Assembly: GCA_018057015.1 (NCBI GenBank)
Contig: JAGPES010000001.1
Coordinates: 1-43,942, forward strand
Length of the DNA stretch: 43,942 bases
Direction: 5' to 3'
Source of the DNA: Pseudomonadales bacterium
GTDB lineage: Bacteria > Pseudomonadota > Gammaproteobacteria > Pseudomonadales > UBA5518
Shown: positions 32,920 through 40,551 of the stretch, piece by piece
Layout of the letters: the number at the start of each line of letters is the position of its first letter
How positions within the stretch are numbered: the first letter of the stretch is position 1
Program-made: the position numbers and the translations under genes
The notes under the pieces: model-generated
Databases searched by the model: none
Told to the model about the DNA's origin: nothing
The model's input: the letters and a program-made list of their open reading frames with translations, nothing else

Positions 32920-33856
32920 GTTGCAGTTCCCCCTCGAGCAGTGCCACCAGTTCCGCGGGCGTGCCGACGGACGCGCGTGTCCGCGCAAAAACGTGCGCCG
33001 GTCGTGCCTTGCGATCGAACCAGACCAGCTCGTCCTGCGTCTGCGCCGGGCGTCGCGCGGCCAGCCAGAGGGCCGTGTCCGCACCCTGCGCCTCGTCGCG
33101 CAGCACGCAGCGCAGCAGCCGGCGGAACCGCGGCAGCGAGGTCCTGACGCCCTCGGTGTCGGACCACCCCGGATGCATGGCGTAGAAGCGCACGCCCCGC
33201 TCGCGGTGGCGATCGCGCCACCAGTCGGTCAGCACGACCTGGGCCCGCTTGTGCAGGCCGTAGGCGAGCACCCCGTTGTACGCCTGCGCCGGCATCCTGA
33301 GCGCCTCCACCATCAGTGGCACGTTGTACATGCCGCCGGAGGACATGTTGATGACCACGCCGTCGCGCGCGAGCAGATCACGCGTGAGCAGGTCCTCGGT
33401 GAGCAGGTAGTGATTCAGCAGGTTGGTTGCAAGGGACGCCTCCCGGCCTTCCACGGTCAGCGTGTAGTCGTCGAGCAGCACCCCCACGTTGTTCAGCAGC
33501 ACATCGATCCGCTCGCCGCGCGCGGCCAGCGCGCAAACCAGCGCCCGCACCTGGCGCACGAGCGCGAGGTCCGCGACCACCGGCTCGATTGACGCCGGTG
33601 CCTCGCCTGCGAGCGCCTGCAGCTTGCCGGCGTTGCGCGCCACCGCCAGCACGCGCGCGCCGCTGCGTGCCGCGTGCAGCGTCGCGGCCCTGCCGATGCC
33701 GCCGGAGGCCCCGGTGACCAGCCAGGTCTGGCCGGAGAAATCGGGCGCGAACGGCGGCCACGACAGGCGCCGCGCGTGATAGCCGATGCTGCTGAAACTC
33801 GGCAGGAATCGGCCGTAGAACGATACGATCTTGCGCAATTGCCGGAGGTCCGTCAC
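32912..33856 (-). CDS. SDR family oxidoreductase (DHRS12-like long form), 314 aa
   Basis: C-terminal part of track ORF 32912..34120. GTG 33856 overlaps the amidohydrolase TGA as GTGA. Motifs are VTGASGGIGRA, NNVG and YGLHK. Confidence 0.8.
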   Translation of the reverse strand: MTDLRQLRKIVSFYGRFLPSFSSIGYHARRLSWPPFAPDFSGQTWLVTGASGGIGRAATLHAARSGARVLAVARNAGKLQALAGEAPASIEPVVADLALVRQVRALVCALAARGERIDVLLNNVGVLLDDYTLTVEGREASLATNLLNHYLLTEDLLTRDLLARDGVVINMSSGGMYNVPLMVEALRMPAQAYNGVLAYGLHKRAQVVLTDWWRDRHRERGVRFYAMHPGWSDTEGVRTSLPRFRRLLRCVLRDEAQGADTALWLAARRPAQTQDELVWFDRKARPAHVFARTRASVGTPAELVALLEGELQRA

Positions 33857-35577
33857 AACTGCCCTGCCACCAGGCGTCCATCCTTGACCGTGGCAACCAC
33901 CTTCAGCCCGCGCAACCGCTGCGCCGGCACCGTCAGCGGGTTGGCGTCGAGCACCACGAAATCGGCCTGCTTGCCGACCGTGATCGAGCCCTTGCTGTCC
34001 TCGTCGCGGTAGAGCCACGCCGCGTCGATGGTCAGCGCCTCCAGTGCGCGCTGCGCCGGGACGCGCTCGCCGGCACCGATCACGGCTCCGCTGCGCGACT
34101 GTCGCGTGACCGCAGTCCACAGCATCATCGCCGGATCCAGCGGCGTCACCGCATAGTCGGTGTGGTTCGAATAGCGCACCCCCTTCTCGTGAGCGGTTTT
34201 CAGCGGACTCAGAAAGAACGCGCGCTCTTCACCCAGGTTGCGCACGTGCACATCGCCCCAGTAGAACGCGTGGTTGCTGAAAAACGAGGCGCCGATGCCG
34301 AGCCGCGCGTAGCTGTCGAGCTGGTCGGGACGCACGAACTGCGAGTGGATCACCACGTCGCGACGATCGTCCGCCGCCTTCGCGCCGACCTCCTGATGCG
34401 CGCGGATCACCATGTCGATCGCCGCATCGCCGTTGGCATGCGTCCACACCGGCACACCGGCCGTCCAGGCGCGAGCGAAGATCGCTGCGTAATCCGCCGG
34501 CGCGATGAACGGCTTGCCGCGCCAGTCCACTTCGCCGCCGGGACCGTGCACATGCATCGGTGCGGAGAAATACGCGGTCCTTCCCTGCGGCGAACCGTCG
34601 GTCAGCACCTTGATGCCCCCGAGCTTCAGGTGCCCCTCGTAGCGGCCGAAGCGCTGCGCGAGCGCGGCATCGAGTTCCTGCGGCCGCATCACCACCGGCA
34701 GCGCCACCACGTCCAGCCACAACGCACCGGCGTCCGCCGCGCTGCGCAGCGTCGCAAGCAATGCGGGGTCCGTCGCGCCGTCCTGGATCGTGGTGTAGCC
34801 ATTCTGCGCATAGAGCCGTTGCACCGTGTCGAGTGCCTGCAACTGCTGTTCATGGGTCGGGCGCGGCAGCGCTCCCATGGCGCCGATCATGGCCGTTTCC
34901 ATCAGCAGCCCGGCCGGCTCCCGGGATCCCGTCTTGCGCGCGATGACGCCACCCTCGGGCGTCGGCGTTTCCCCGTCGATGCCCGCGAGGGCGAGGCCCG
35001 CGGAGTTGAGCACCGCGCCATGCCCCGAAACGTGCATCAGCAGTACCGGATTGTCCGGAAAGGCAGGATCGAGATCGTCGCGGGTGACATGGCGTTTCTC
35101 GGCCAGGCCTTCGGGATCGTAGCCATAAGCCAGGATCCACTGGCCGGGCGCAACGGCCTGCTGTGCCGCGTGGCGGCGCAGCGTTGCCACGAGAATGGCA
35201 ATGGTGTCGACCGCGCCGACGGGCGGCACCGACACGTTCGCCCAGTCCGCCAGGGTCAGCGCCTGGCTGATGTGACTGTGCCCGTCGATGAAACCGGGCA
35301 GCAGGGTGTTGCCGCCGAGCGCCACGACGCGCGTGCCCGCGCCGGCCCAGGCGCGGTGGATTTCCTCGCGCGACCCGAGCGCCACGATGCGCCCCGCGCG
35401 CACCGCGACCGCCTCGACCTGCGGTCGCGCCGGGTCCATGGTGAGGACGGTACCGCCCTCGTAGAGGGTATCGGCCGCCTCCCCCCGGGCGACTCCTGCG
35501 CACGCGACCCCGGATGCAAGCAGCAACGCCGCGATCATCGGGCCGATGAGACGATTCGTTTTGCGCCGGCTGCTCAT
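33853..35577 (-). CDS. Amidohydrolase family (YtcJ-like, Amidohydro_3) metallohydrolase, exported, 574 aa
   Basis: Internal ATG 35577 (RBS GGAAGGA) of track ORF 33853..35637. The signal peptide is MSSRRKTNRLIGPMIAALLLASGVACAG. The metal motif is PGFIDGHSHI, and THANGDAAID and HSQF also occur. Confidence 0.85.
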   Translation of the reverse strand: MSSRRKTNRLIGPMIAALLLASGVACAGVARGEAADTLYEGGTVLTMDPARPQVEAVAVRAGRIVALGSREEIHRAWAGAGTRVVALGGNTLLPGFIDGHSHISQALTLADWANVSVPPVGAVDTIAILVATLRRHAAQQAVAPGQWILAYGYDPEGLAEKRHVTRDDLDPAFPDNPVLLMHVSGHGAVLNSAGLALAGIDGETPTPEGGVIARKTGSREPAGLLMETAMIGAMGALPRPTHEQQLQALDTVQRLYAQNGYTTIQDGATDPALLATLRSAADAGALWLDVVALPVVMRPQELDAALAQRFGRYEGHLKLGGIKVLTDGSPQGRTAYFSAPMHVHGPGGEVDWRGKPFIAPADYAAIFARAWTAGVPVWTHANGDAAIDMVIRAHQEVGAKAADDRRDVVIHSQFVRPDQLDSYARLGIGASFFSNHAFYWGDVHVRNLGEERAFFLSPLKTAHEKGVRYSNHTDYAVTPLDPAMMLWTAVTRQSRSGAVIGAGERVPAQRALEALTIDAAWLYRDEDSKGSITVGKQADFVVLDANPLTVPAQRLRGLKVVATVKDGRLVAGQL

Positions 35578-35602
35578 CTTCTCGATCCTTCCATCTGGTT
35601 TT

Positions 35603-36715
35603 TCAGCGCAGGGACGTGAAGGGAACCACCTCGGCACGCGGTGTTTGCACCGGCCCCGCCGGCAGGAAGTAGCGCCAGAACACCAGGCCGAAGGCCTGGC
35701 CCTCGGTGTCGAGCCAGTTGGGACAGCCGGGATCCCGGTGCGCCAGCACCATGCGGAAAGTGCCGTCGGTCTCCAGCCGCGTCTGGCGGCGGTTCAGCGA
35801 GACGCTGCGGTTGGCGTAATCCAGCGTCTGCTGGAAGCGGTTCCACAGGCTGACGTTGGCGAAGCGACAATCGGGCCAGCGCCCGGTCATCACCAGCGCC
35901 TGGTCGGGTCCGAGAAAGAACGGCGCCATCGAGTAGTACGCGTCGAAGGCGGCGAGTCCCATGTCGCCCGGCGGCACCGGCGCCACGAACTGGTTGGGAA
36001 CCAGCGACAGGAAGGACGGCGGCTCGCGCTGCGTCATCGGCGGCTGCAGCAGGGTGCGGCTGCGCACGAACTGCGCCACGCGGCGGATGCCGGCCGCCAC
36101 GTCCGCGTCGCCGGCCGGTGCCGGCGGCGCGCTCACGTCATCTGCCGTGATCGAGAGCCGCGGACCGCGCGCGGGATCGTCCGCGGCGGTCTGCGCTTCT
36201 TCGTAATAATGACGCGTGGTGATGCGCGAGACGCCCGCCGGCAACGCCAGCCAGTTGCGTGCGGCCGGTGCCCCGCCGAGGCGGATCGCGAAGTTCCCCG
36301 CGGCATCGACGTCGAACATCGTGTCGTTGATCACGCCCGCGGTCTGGCTGCCGAGACTGCCGTCGGCGGTGCCGATCTCGAGCGTGATCGAGACGTACAC
36401 CGCGCCGTCCATGTTGCCGCGCACCGTGTAGACGTGGTCCGCGCTGACCGGCGCGTCGAAGTAGATGGCGTCGGCGTTGTCGCCGGTGAACTTGCGCGAG
36501 GGCGTGACGATGCGGCGGAACTGCGGGTGCGCCGGATCGCTCTCGAACATGCCGACCAGCCCGCCCTCCAGCATGTGCATGAGCGCGCGGTGGGCGCCGG
36601 CAACGTCCTCGGCCGAGGCCAGGTTCCACTCGGGGCCGGCCCAGCGTTCGTCGGCCTCCTGCAGCAGGGCGATCAGTTCGCGCAGCGCCTGGCGGGATTC
36701 GGTCTGGATGCTCAT
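35603..36715 (-). CDS. DUF1214 domain protein, 370 aa
   Basis: Internal ATG 36715 of track ORF 35603..36790. The motifs NADAIYFDAPV..., YVSITL, RHYYE, WPDCRFANVSLWN and WLDTEG fit my recollection of DUF1214. The assignment is not verified. Confidence 0.6.
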   Translation of the reverse strand: MSIQTESRQALRELIALLQEADERWAGPEWNLASAEDVAGAHRALMHMLEGGLVGMFESDPAHPQFRRIVTPSRKFTGDNADAIYFDAPVSADHVYTVRGNMDGAVYVSITLEIGTADGSLGSQTAGVINDTMFDVDAAGNFAIRLGGAPAARNWLALPAGVSRITTRHYYEEAQTAADDPARGPRLSITADDVSAPPAPAGDADVAAGIRRVAQFVRSRTLLQPPMTQREPPSFLSLVPNQFVAPVPPGDMGLAAFDAYYSMAPFFLGPDQALVMTGRWPDCRFANVSLWNRFQQTLDYANRSVSLNRRQTRLETDGTFRMVLAHRDPGCPNWLDTEGQAFGLVFWRYFLPAGPVQTPRAEVVPFTSLR

Positions 36716-36820
36716 TGTTGTCGTTCCTGGCGGAATGGGTCGGGCGAGCATCGCACGCCGCGCCGCGCAATTCACCTTACAACCCGGCAACCTGGCCCCG
36801 TTTGCTGCGCGATAGCGAGC

Positions 36821-37561
36821 CTACGGGAGCGCGCCACGCACCACGCAGAAACGCTGCCCGGTGGGTGCCTCCATCACCCACCAGCTGTGCACCTGCGCCA
36901 CGCGCGTGGCGCCCAGCGCCTCGAGGCGGCGCACTTCGGCCTCGACGTCCTCGCTGGCGATGTCGAGGTGCACGCGGCTGGGGTGATCCACCGCCTGCAC
37001 TTCGATGTGCAGTCCGCCGGCATCGACGAGGCGCACGTACTTGCCCCCCTCCTCACCGGGGAGCTGGCGCATCGGCATGCCGAGCGCCGCGCTCCAGAAT
37101 GCGGCCGCCGTGTCCAGGTCGGCGTCCTGGCAGTCGATGATGAAGCCGGCCAGGCGGCTCGGCGCCAGCGCGGGGATATCCGTGATCGCCGCGCGCGGCA
37201 AGCGGTCGCGCGTGTCGAACCACGGCAGGCGATCGGCGAAGTACACGTGCGCCTGGGGCTCGAAGCGCTCCGGTTCGTCGAAGGCGTTGAGGTAGAGGTC
37301 GATCTCGCCGGCGCGGCGCTCGCTCTGGTAGGAGATCGGCGTGCCGCAATGCGCGCAGTGGCGCCGCGTGACGCCGGGCGAGGATTCATGGCTCGCGGGG
37401 GTGCCCTCGAAGTGCACGCGATCGAGCGCGAAGTTCACGAAGCACGCGACCGGCGAGGCCGTGTGGCGCCGGCAAAACCCGCAGTGGCAGTAGGCGACCC
37501 ACTGCGGCTCGCCGTCGGCGACGAAACGGATCCGGCCGCACAGGCAGTGACCGCTGGCCAT
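36821..37561 (-). CDS. Fusion protein: N-terminal GFA/CENP-V zinc domain plus C-terminal VOC (glyoxalase-like) domain, 246 aa
   Basis: ORF 36821..37561. The GFA cysteine pattern is CLCGRIRF...YCHCGFCRRHTASP...HCAHCGTPI. The VOC-like half is LAGFIIDCQDADLDTAAAFWSAALGM...HLDIASEDVEAEVRRLEALGA...WWVMEAPTGQRFCVV. Confidence 0.7.
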   Translation of the reverse strand: MASGHCLCGRIRFVADGEPQWVAYCHCGFCRRHTASPVACFVNFALDRVHFEGTPASHESSPGVTRRHCAHCGTPISYQSERRAGEIDLYLNAFDEPERFEPQAHVYFADRLPWFDTRDRLPRAAITDIPALAPSRLAGFIIDCQDADLDTAAAFWSAALGMPMRQLPGEEGGKYVRLVDAGGLHIEVQAVDHPSRVHLDIASEDVEAEVRRLEALGATRVAQVHSWWVMEAPTGQRFCVVRGALP

Positions 37562-37636
37562 GACGCTCTCCTTCGAATTGCCGCGCGGCCCATGCTACGC
37601 TCGCCGCCAACGCCAATAAACACGCAGGAGCCCCCC

Positions 37637-38017
37637 ATGAGCGCCAACTCGGAAGTCATCGACCGTTTCATCGCTGCCTGGAAGACCAGGGACGTCGATC
37701 GCATCGTCAGCTTCTTCCACGACGACGCGGTCTACACCAACGTGCCGATCGACCCGCCCAACCGCGGCATCGAGCAGATCCGCGCCATGATCAGCGGCTT
37801 CCTCGGCATGGCACAGGCGATGGAGTTCGTGGTGCACCACAGCGCGGAGAACGCCGCGGCGGGCATCGTGATGAACGAGCGCACCGACCGCTTCCAGCTC
37901 GGCGAACGCTGGGTGGAACTGCCGGTGATGGGCGTGTTCGAGCTGCGCGACGGCCGGATCCAGGCCTGGCGCGACTACTTCGACCTGGCCCAGTTCCAGA
38001 ACGGCATGGCGGGCTGA
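37637..38017 (+). CDS. Limonene-1,2-epoxide hydrolase-like (SnoaL/NTF2 fold) protein, 126 aa
   Basis: Last 126 codons of track ORF 35546..38017, from ATG 37637 with RBS AGGAG. By-eye matches to LEH catalytic positions are VYTNVP (Tyr/Asn), ERTDRF (Arg-x-Asp) and WRDYFD (Asp). Confidence 0.7.
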   Translation: MSANSEVIDRFIAAWKTRDVDRIVSFFHDDAVYTNVPIDPPNRGIEQIRAMISGFLGMAQAMEFVVHHSAENAAAGIVMNERTDRFQLGERWVELPVMGVFELRDGRIQAWRDYFDLAQFQNGMAG

Positions 38018-38056
38018 AGAGGGTGTCGTAAAACCTTGCACGACCTCGACCGACGC

Positions 38057-38110
38057 GGTGCAGGAGCGCGCCATGCGCGCGATATCGCGGCCATGGGCCG
38101 CTCCTACACC
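38057..38110. repeat. Inverted REP doublet of a second REP family (GTGYAGGAGCGSSCCATGSSCGCGAT)
   Basis: GGTGCAGGAGCGCGCCATGCGCGCGAT|ATCGCGGCCATGGGCCGCTCCTACACC consists of two 26-nt REPs head to head, each with an internal 6-bp stem. They lie between the convergent LEH-like and TonB-receptor genes. 9-bp inverted repeats AGAGGGTGT / ACACCCTCT flank the doublet at about 38021 and about 38151. Confidence 0.75.
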
Positions 38111-38222
38111 CGATAAGCACCGTGCTCGTGCGGTCGGACGACGTTTCGCTACACCCTCTGAAGGGTCTGCACAGCCGGATGCCGGACACACCGGCAGCTT
38201 CGGGCAGTCGCGGGCCGCGCGC

Positions 38223-40430
38223 TCAGAACGTCCAGTCGGCGCCGAGGTAGGCTGTGCGCGGCATGTTGGCGCGCGCGCCGTCGGGTTTGCGCGACACGAT
38301 GACCTGCTCGTCGAACAGGTTGTTGACCTTCGCGTAGACGCGCAGCCCCTCGAACAGGCGATAGCCGGCCGTCCAGTCCACCAGGAACAGATCGTCGGTG
38401 AACAGGAAGCGGTCGTCCACGCCGGCGCGGTCGCAGGTGGTGGTGCTGCAGGTCCGGTCGATGTACGAGGCGTTCAGGTAGCTGTCCCACCCCGACGGAT
38501 GCACCAGGCCCAGGCTGAGGGCGGCGACCTGCTCGGGGATATCCGCCAGGTTGTCGCCTTCGAGCACATTGCGGGTCGCGGAATCTTCGGTCACCTCGGC
38601 GTCGGTCCAGGTGTAGGAGAGGCGCAGCGGCCACGTGGTCCCCGCCGGACCGCCGAACCCGGTGTTCAGGCCGATCTCGACGCCCTGGATTTCCGCCTCG
38701 CCGAGGCTCTCGGTCCCGACGGTCAGGCCGCCCGTGCAGGGATTGGCCACGGAGCAGTTCTTGATGGTGTTGCGGTAGTCGCTGTAGAAGAAGATCGCAT
38801 CGGCGCTGTAACGCTCGTCGGTGAAGCGCACGCCGCCCTCGTAGTTGAGGCTCTCCTCGGCCTCGGTGCCCTCCACCGAATCGGCGCCCGGCGGCGCGAA
38901 GCCTTCGTGCACGCCGGCCAGCAGCTGCCAGTGGCCGTCGAGGTCCCAGGTGGCGCCGAGCCCCAGGCTGGTCTCGTTGCCGAGGCGGTTGCCCTTCACG
39001 GCGGGCGCGCCGGCGCGCGCCGGATCGCTGCTCCACTGGCGGTTGCGCGTCTCGATGTCCTCGACGCGGATCAGCGGCACCAGCGTCAGCGCGCCGTGCG
39101 TGATGCGGTCCAGCAGCCAGAAGGAATCGGCGTCGCCGGTGCCCACGGCATTGTTGGAGGCCGAGGTCGGCGCCAGAGTGCCGACGTAGACGAGTTTGCC
39201 GGCCACCTGGTTGTAGCGCTCCACCGGGTGGTAGCGATCGATCTCGTCCTCGTGCCGCCGCGCCCCGAACTCCAGCTCGTGCTCCCAGCCGCCGGTGGCG
39301 AAGCGGGCATCCAGCGTGAACTGCAGCCCCTCGGCCTCGTATTCGCGGTTGTTGTGCTTGATATCGACATTGTTCACGTCGAGCGTGCCGTCGAGCCAGC
39401 CCTGGTAAAGCGGCGCCGTCGCCGCGCCGGTGTTGATGGCCGAGATCATCCCGCTCATCGACTGCGCGTTCACGCGGTCGAGCTTGAACCAGTCGCGCTC
39501 GAATTCGTTGCGATACCACAGCAGGTTCAGACCCAACTGCTCGCTGAACTCGAAACGATAACGCGCGCTGTAGCCCTGGTGGTCGTTCGTCATCTCGTCC
39601 AGCGCCGACAAGCCGTAGCGGCGATCGGCGTCGGCACCGAAATCCGCGTCGCTCAGCCCAAGGTACGAAGCGTTCGACGTCTCCTCGGAATACTGCAGCT
39701 TCACGTCCAGCTGCTGGTGGAAGCGCGCGCCCTCGGCCGAGTTCAGCCGCGCCTTGGCGACGTAGTCCTCGATCTCGAAGCCGGTGTCCTTGCCGCTGCG
39801 ATCGATGTCGTGGAATCCGTCGGCCTGGTGCTGCACCGTTTCCAGCAGCCAGCCGTACTGCTCGGCGCTGGCGCCGTAGTTGCCCATCACGCGCTGTTCA
39901 CCGTTGCCGCCGAATTCGCCGAGGACGCGCCCCCCCGCGGCGCGCGGGATCGGGGTGGACACCATGTTCATCGCGCCGCCGACCGTGAACGGGCCGTAGC
40001 GCATGGTTTCGGGGCCCTTCAGCACCTCGATGGCGGACATGCGACCCGCCGTGGGGAAGTAATACGCGGCCGGATCGGCGTAGGGCGCCGGAGCGACCAG
40101 CACGCCGTCTTCCATCAGGCTGATCTTGCTGCTGCGCTCGGCGCCGGAACCGCGGATGCCGATGTTCGGCCTGAGGCCGTAGCCCTCCTCCTCGCGCAGA
40201 TACACGCCGGGCACCGCGCGCAGCACCCGGTTGATGTCGGTCTGGGAAAACTTCCTCAACTCCTCGGCATTGATCGCATGGGCCGAGCCGGTCAACCGGT
40301 GCGCCTCGGCTCGCTGGCCCACGATGCGGACCTCCTCGATCACCGACGACGGCGCACCCGCCGCCGCGATCATCGCCACCGGAGCCGCCGCGGCCGTCCC
40401 CAGGATCCAGATACCCCTGACCTTGCGCAT
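38223..40430 (-). CDS. TonB-dependent outer-membrane receptor, 735 aa
   Basis: ORF 38223..40430 with RBS AGGGGAG. After a signal peptide, plug-domain motifs appear (VPGVYLREEEGYGLRPNIGIRG...ISLMEDGV...IEVLKGP). The C-terminus is YLGADWTF. Confidence 0.9.
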   Translation of the reverse strand: MRKVRGIWILGTAAAAPVAMIAAAGAPSSVIEEVRIVGQRAEAHRLTGSAHAINAEELRKFSQTDINRVLRAVPGVYLREEEGYGLRPNIGIRGSGAERSSKISLMEDGVLVAPAPYADPAAYYFPTAGRMSAIEVLKGPETMRYGPFTVGGAMNMVSTPIPRAAGGRVLGEFGGNGEQRVMGNYGASAEQYGWLLETVQHQADGFHDIDRSGKDTGFEIEDYVAKARLNSAEGARFHQQLDVKLQYSEETSNASYLGLSDADFGADADRRYGLSALDEMTNDHQGYSARYRFEFSEQLGLNLLWYRNEFERDWFKLDRVNAQSMSGMISAINTGAATAPLYQGWLDGTLDVNNVDIKHNNREYEAEGLQFTLDARFATGGWEHELEFGARRHEDEIDRYHPVERYNQVAGKLVYVGTLAPTSASNNAVGTGDADSFWLLDRITHGALTLVPLIRVEDIETRNRQWSSDPARAGAPAVKGNRLGNETSLGLGATWDLDGHWQLLAGVHEGFAPPGADSVEGTEAEESLNYEGGVRFTDERYSADAIFFYSDYRNTIKNCSVANPCTGGLTVGTESLGEAEIQGVEIGLNTGFGGPAGTTWPLRLSYTWTDAEVTEDSATRNVLEGDNLADIPEQVAALSLGLVHPSGWDSYLNASYIDRTCSTTTCDRAGVDDRFLFTDDLFLVDWTAGYRLFEGLRVYAKVNNLFDEQVIVSRKPDGARANMPRTAYLGADWTF

Positions 40431-40500
40431 CGTGATGTCTCCCCTTGCACCCGTTTAGTGTTCCGGCGTCAGGCCGGTTTACAGGGGGGCAGACTAGCAG

Positions 40501-40538
40501 ACTAAATCTAAATGCGAAACATTATTATTTAGATTAGT
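40501..40538. promoter_or_regulatory. AT-rich inverted repeat (candidate operator) upstream of the TonB-dependent receptor gene
   Basis: ACTAAATCTAAAT-N13-ATTTAGATTAGT has 12/13-bp arms with one bulge. It sits in an AT-rich patch of an otherwise GC-rich window, 71 bp upstream of the receptor ATG. The loop and inner arms (CTAAATAATAATGTTTCGC on the minus strand) match a Fur-box consensus at only about 11 of 19 positions by eye. Confidence 0.35.
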
Positions 40539-40551
40539 GATTCGGTGGCCT

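Noticed and set aside
40431-40551. Cobalamin or other riboswitch in the leader of the TonB-dependent receptor.
   Set aside because: At 121 bp the region is too short for a B12 riboswitch. I could find no B12-box-like sequence or conserved multi-stem structure, only the AT-rich inverted repeat.
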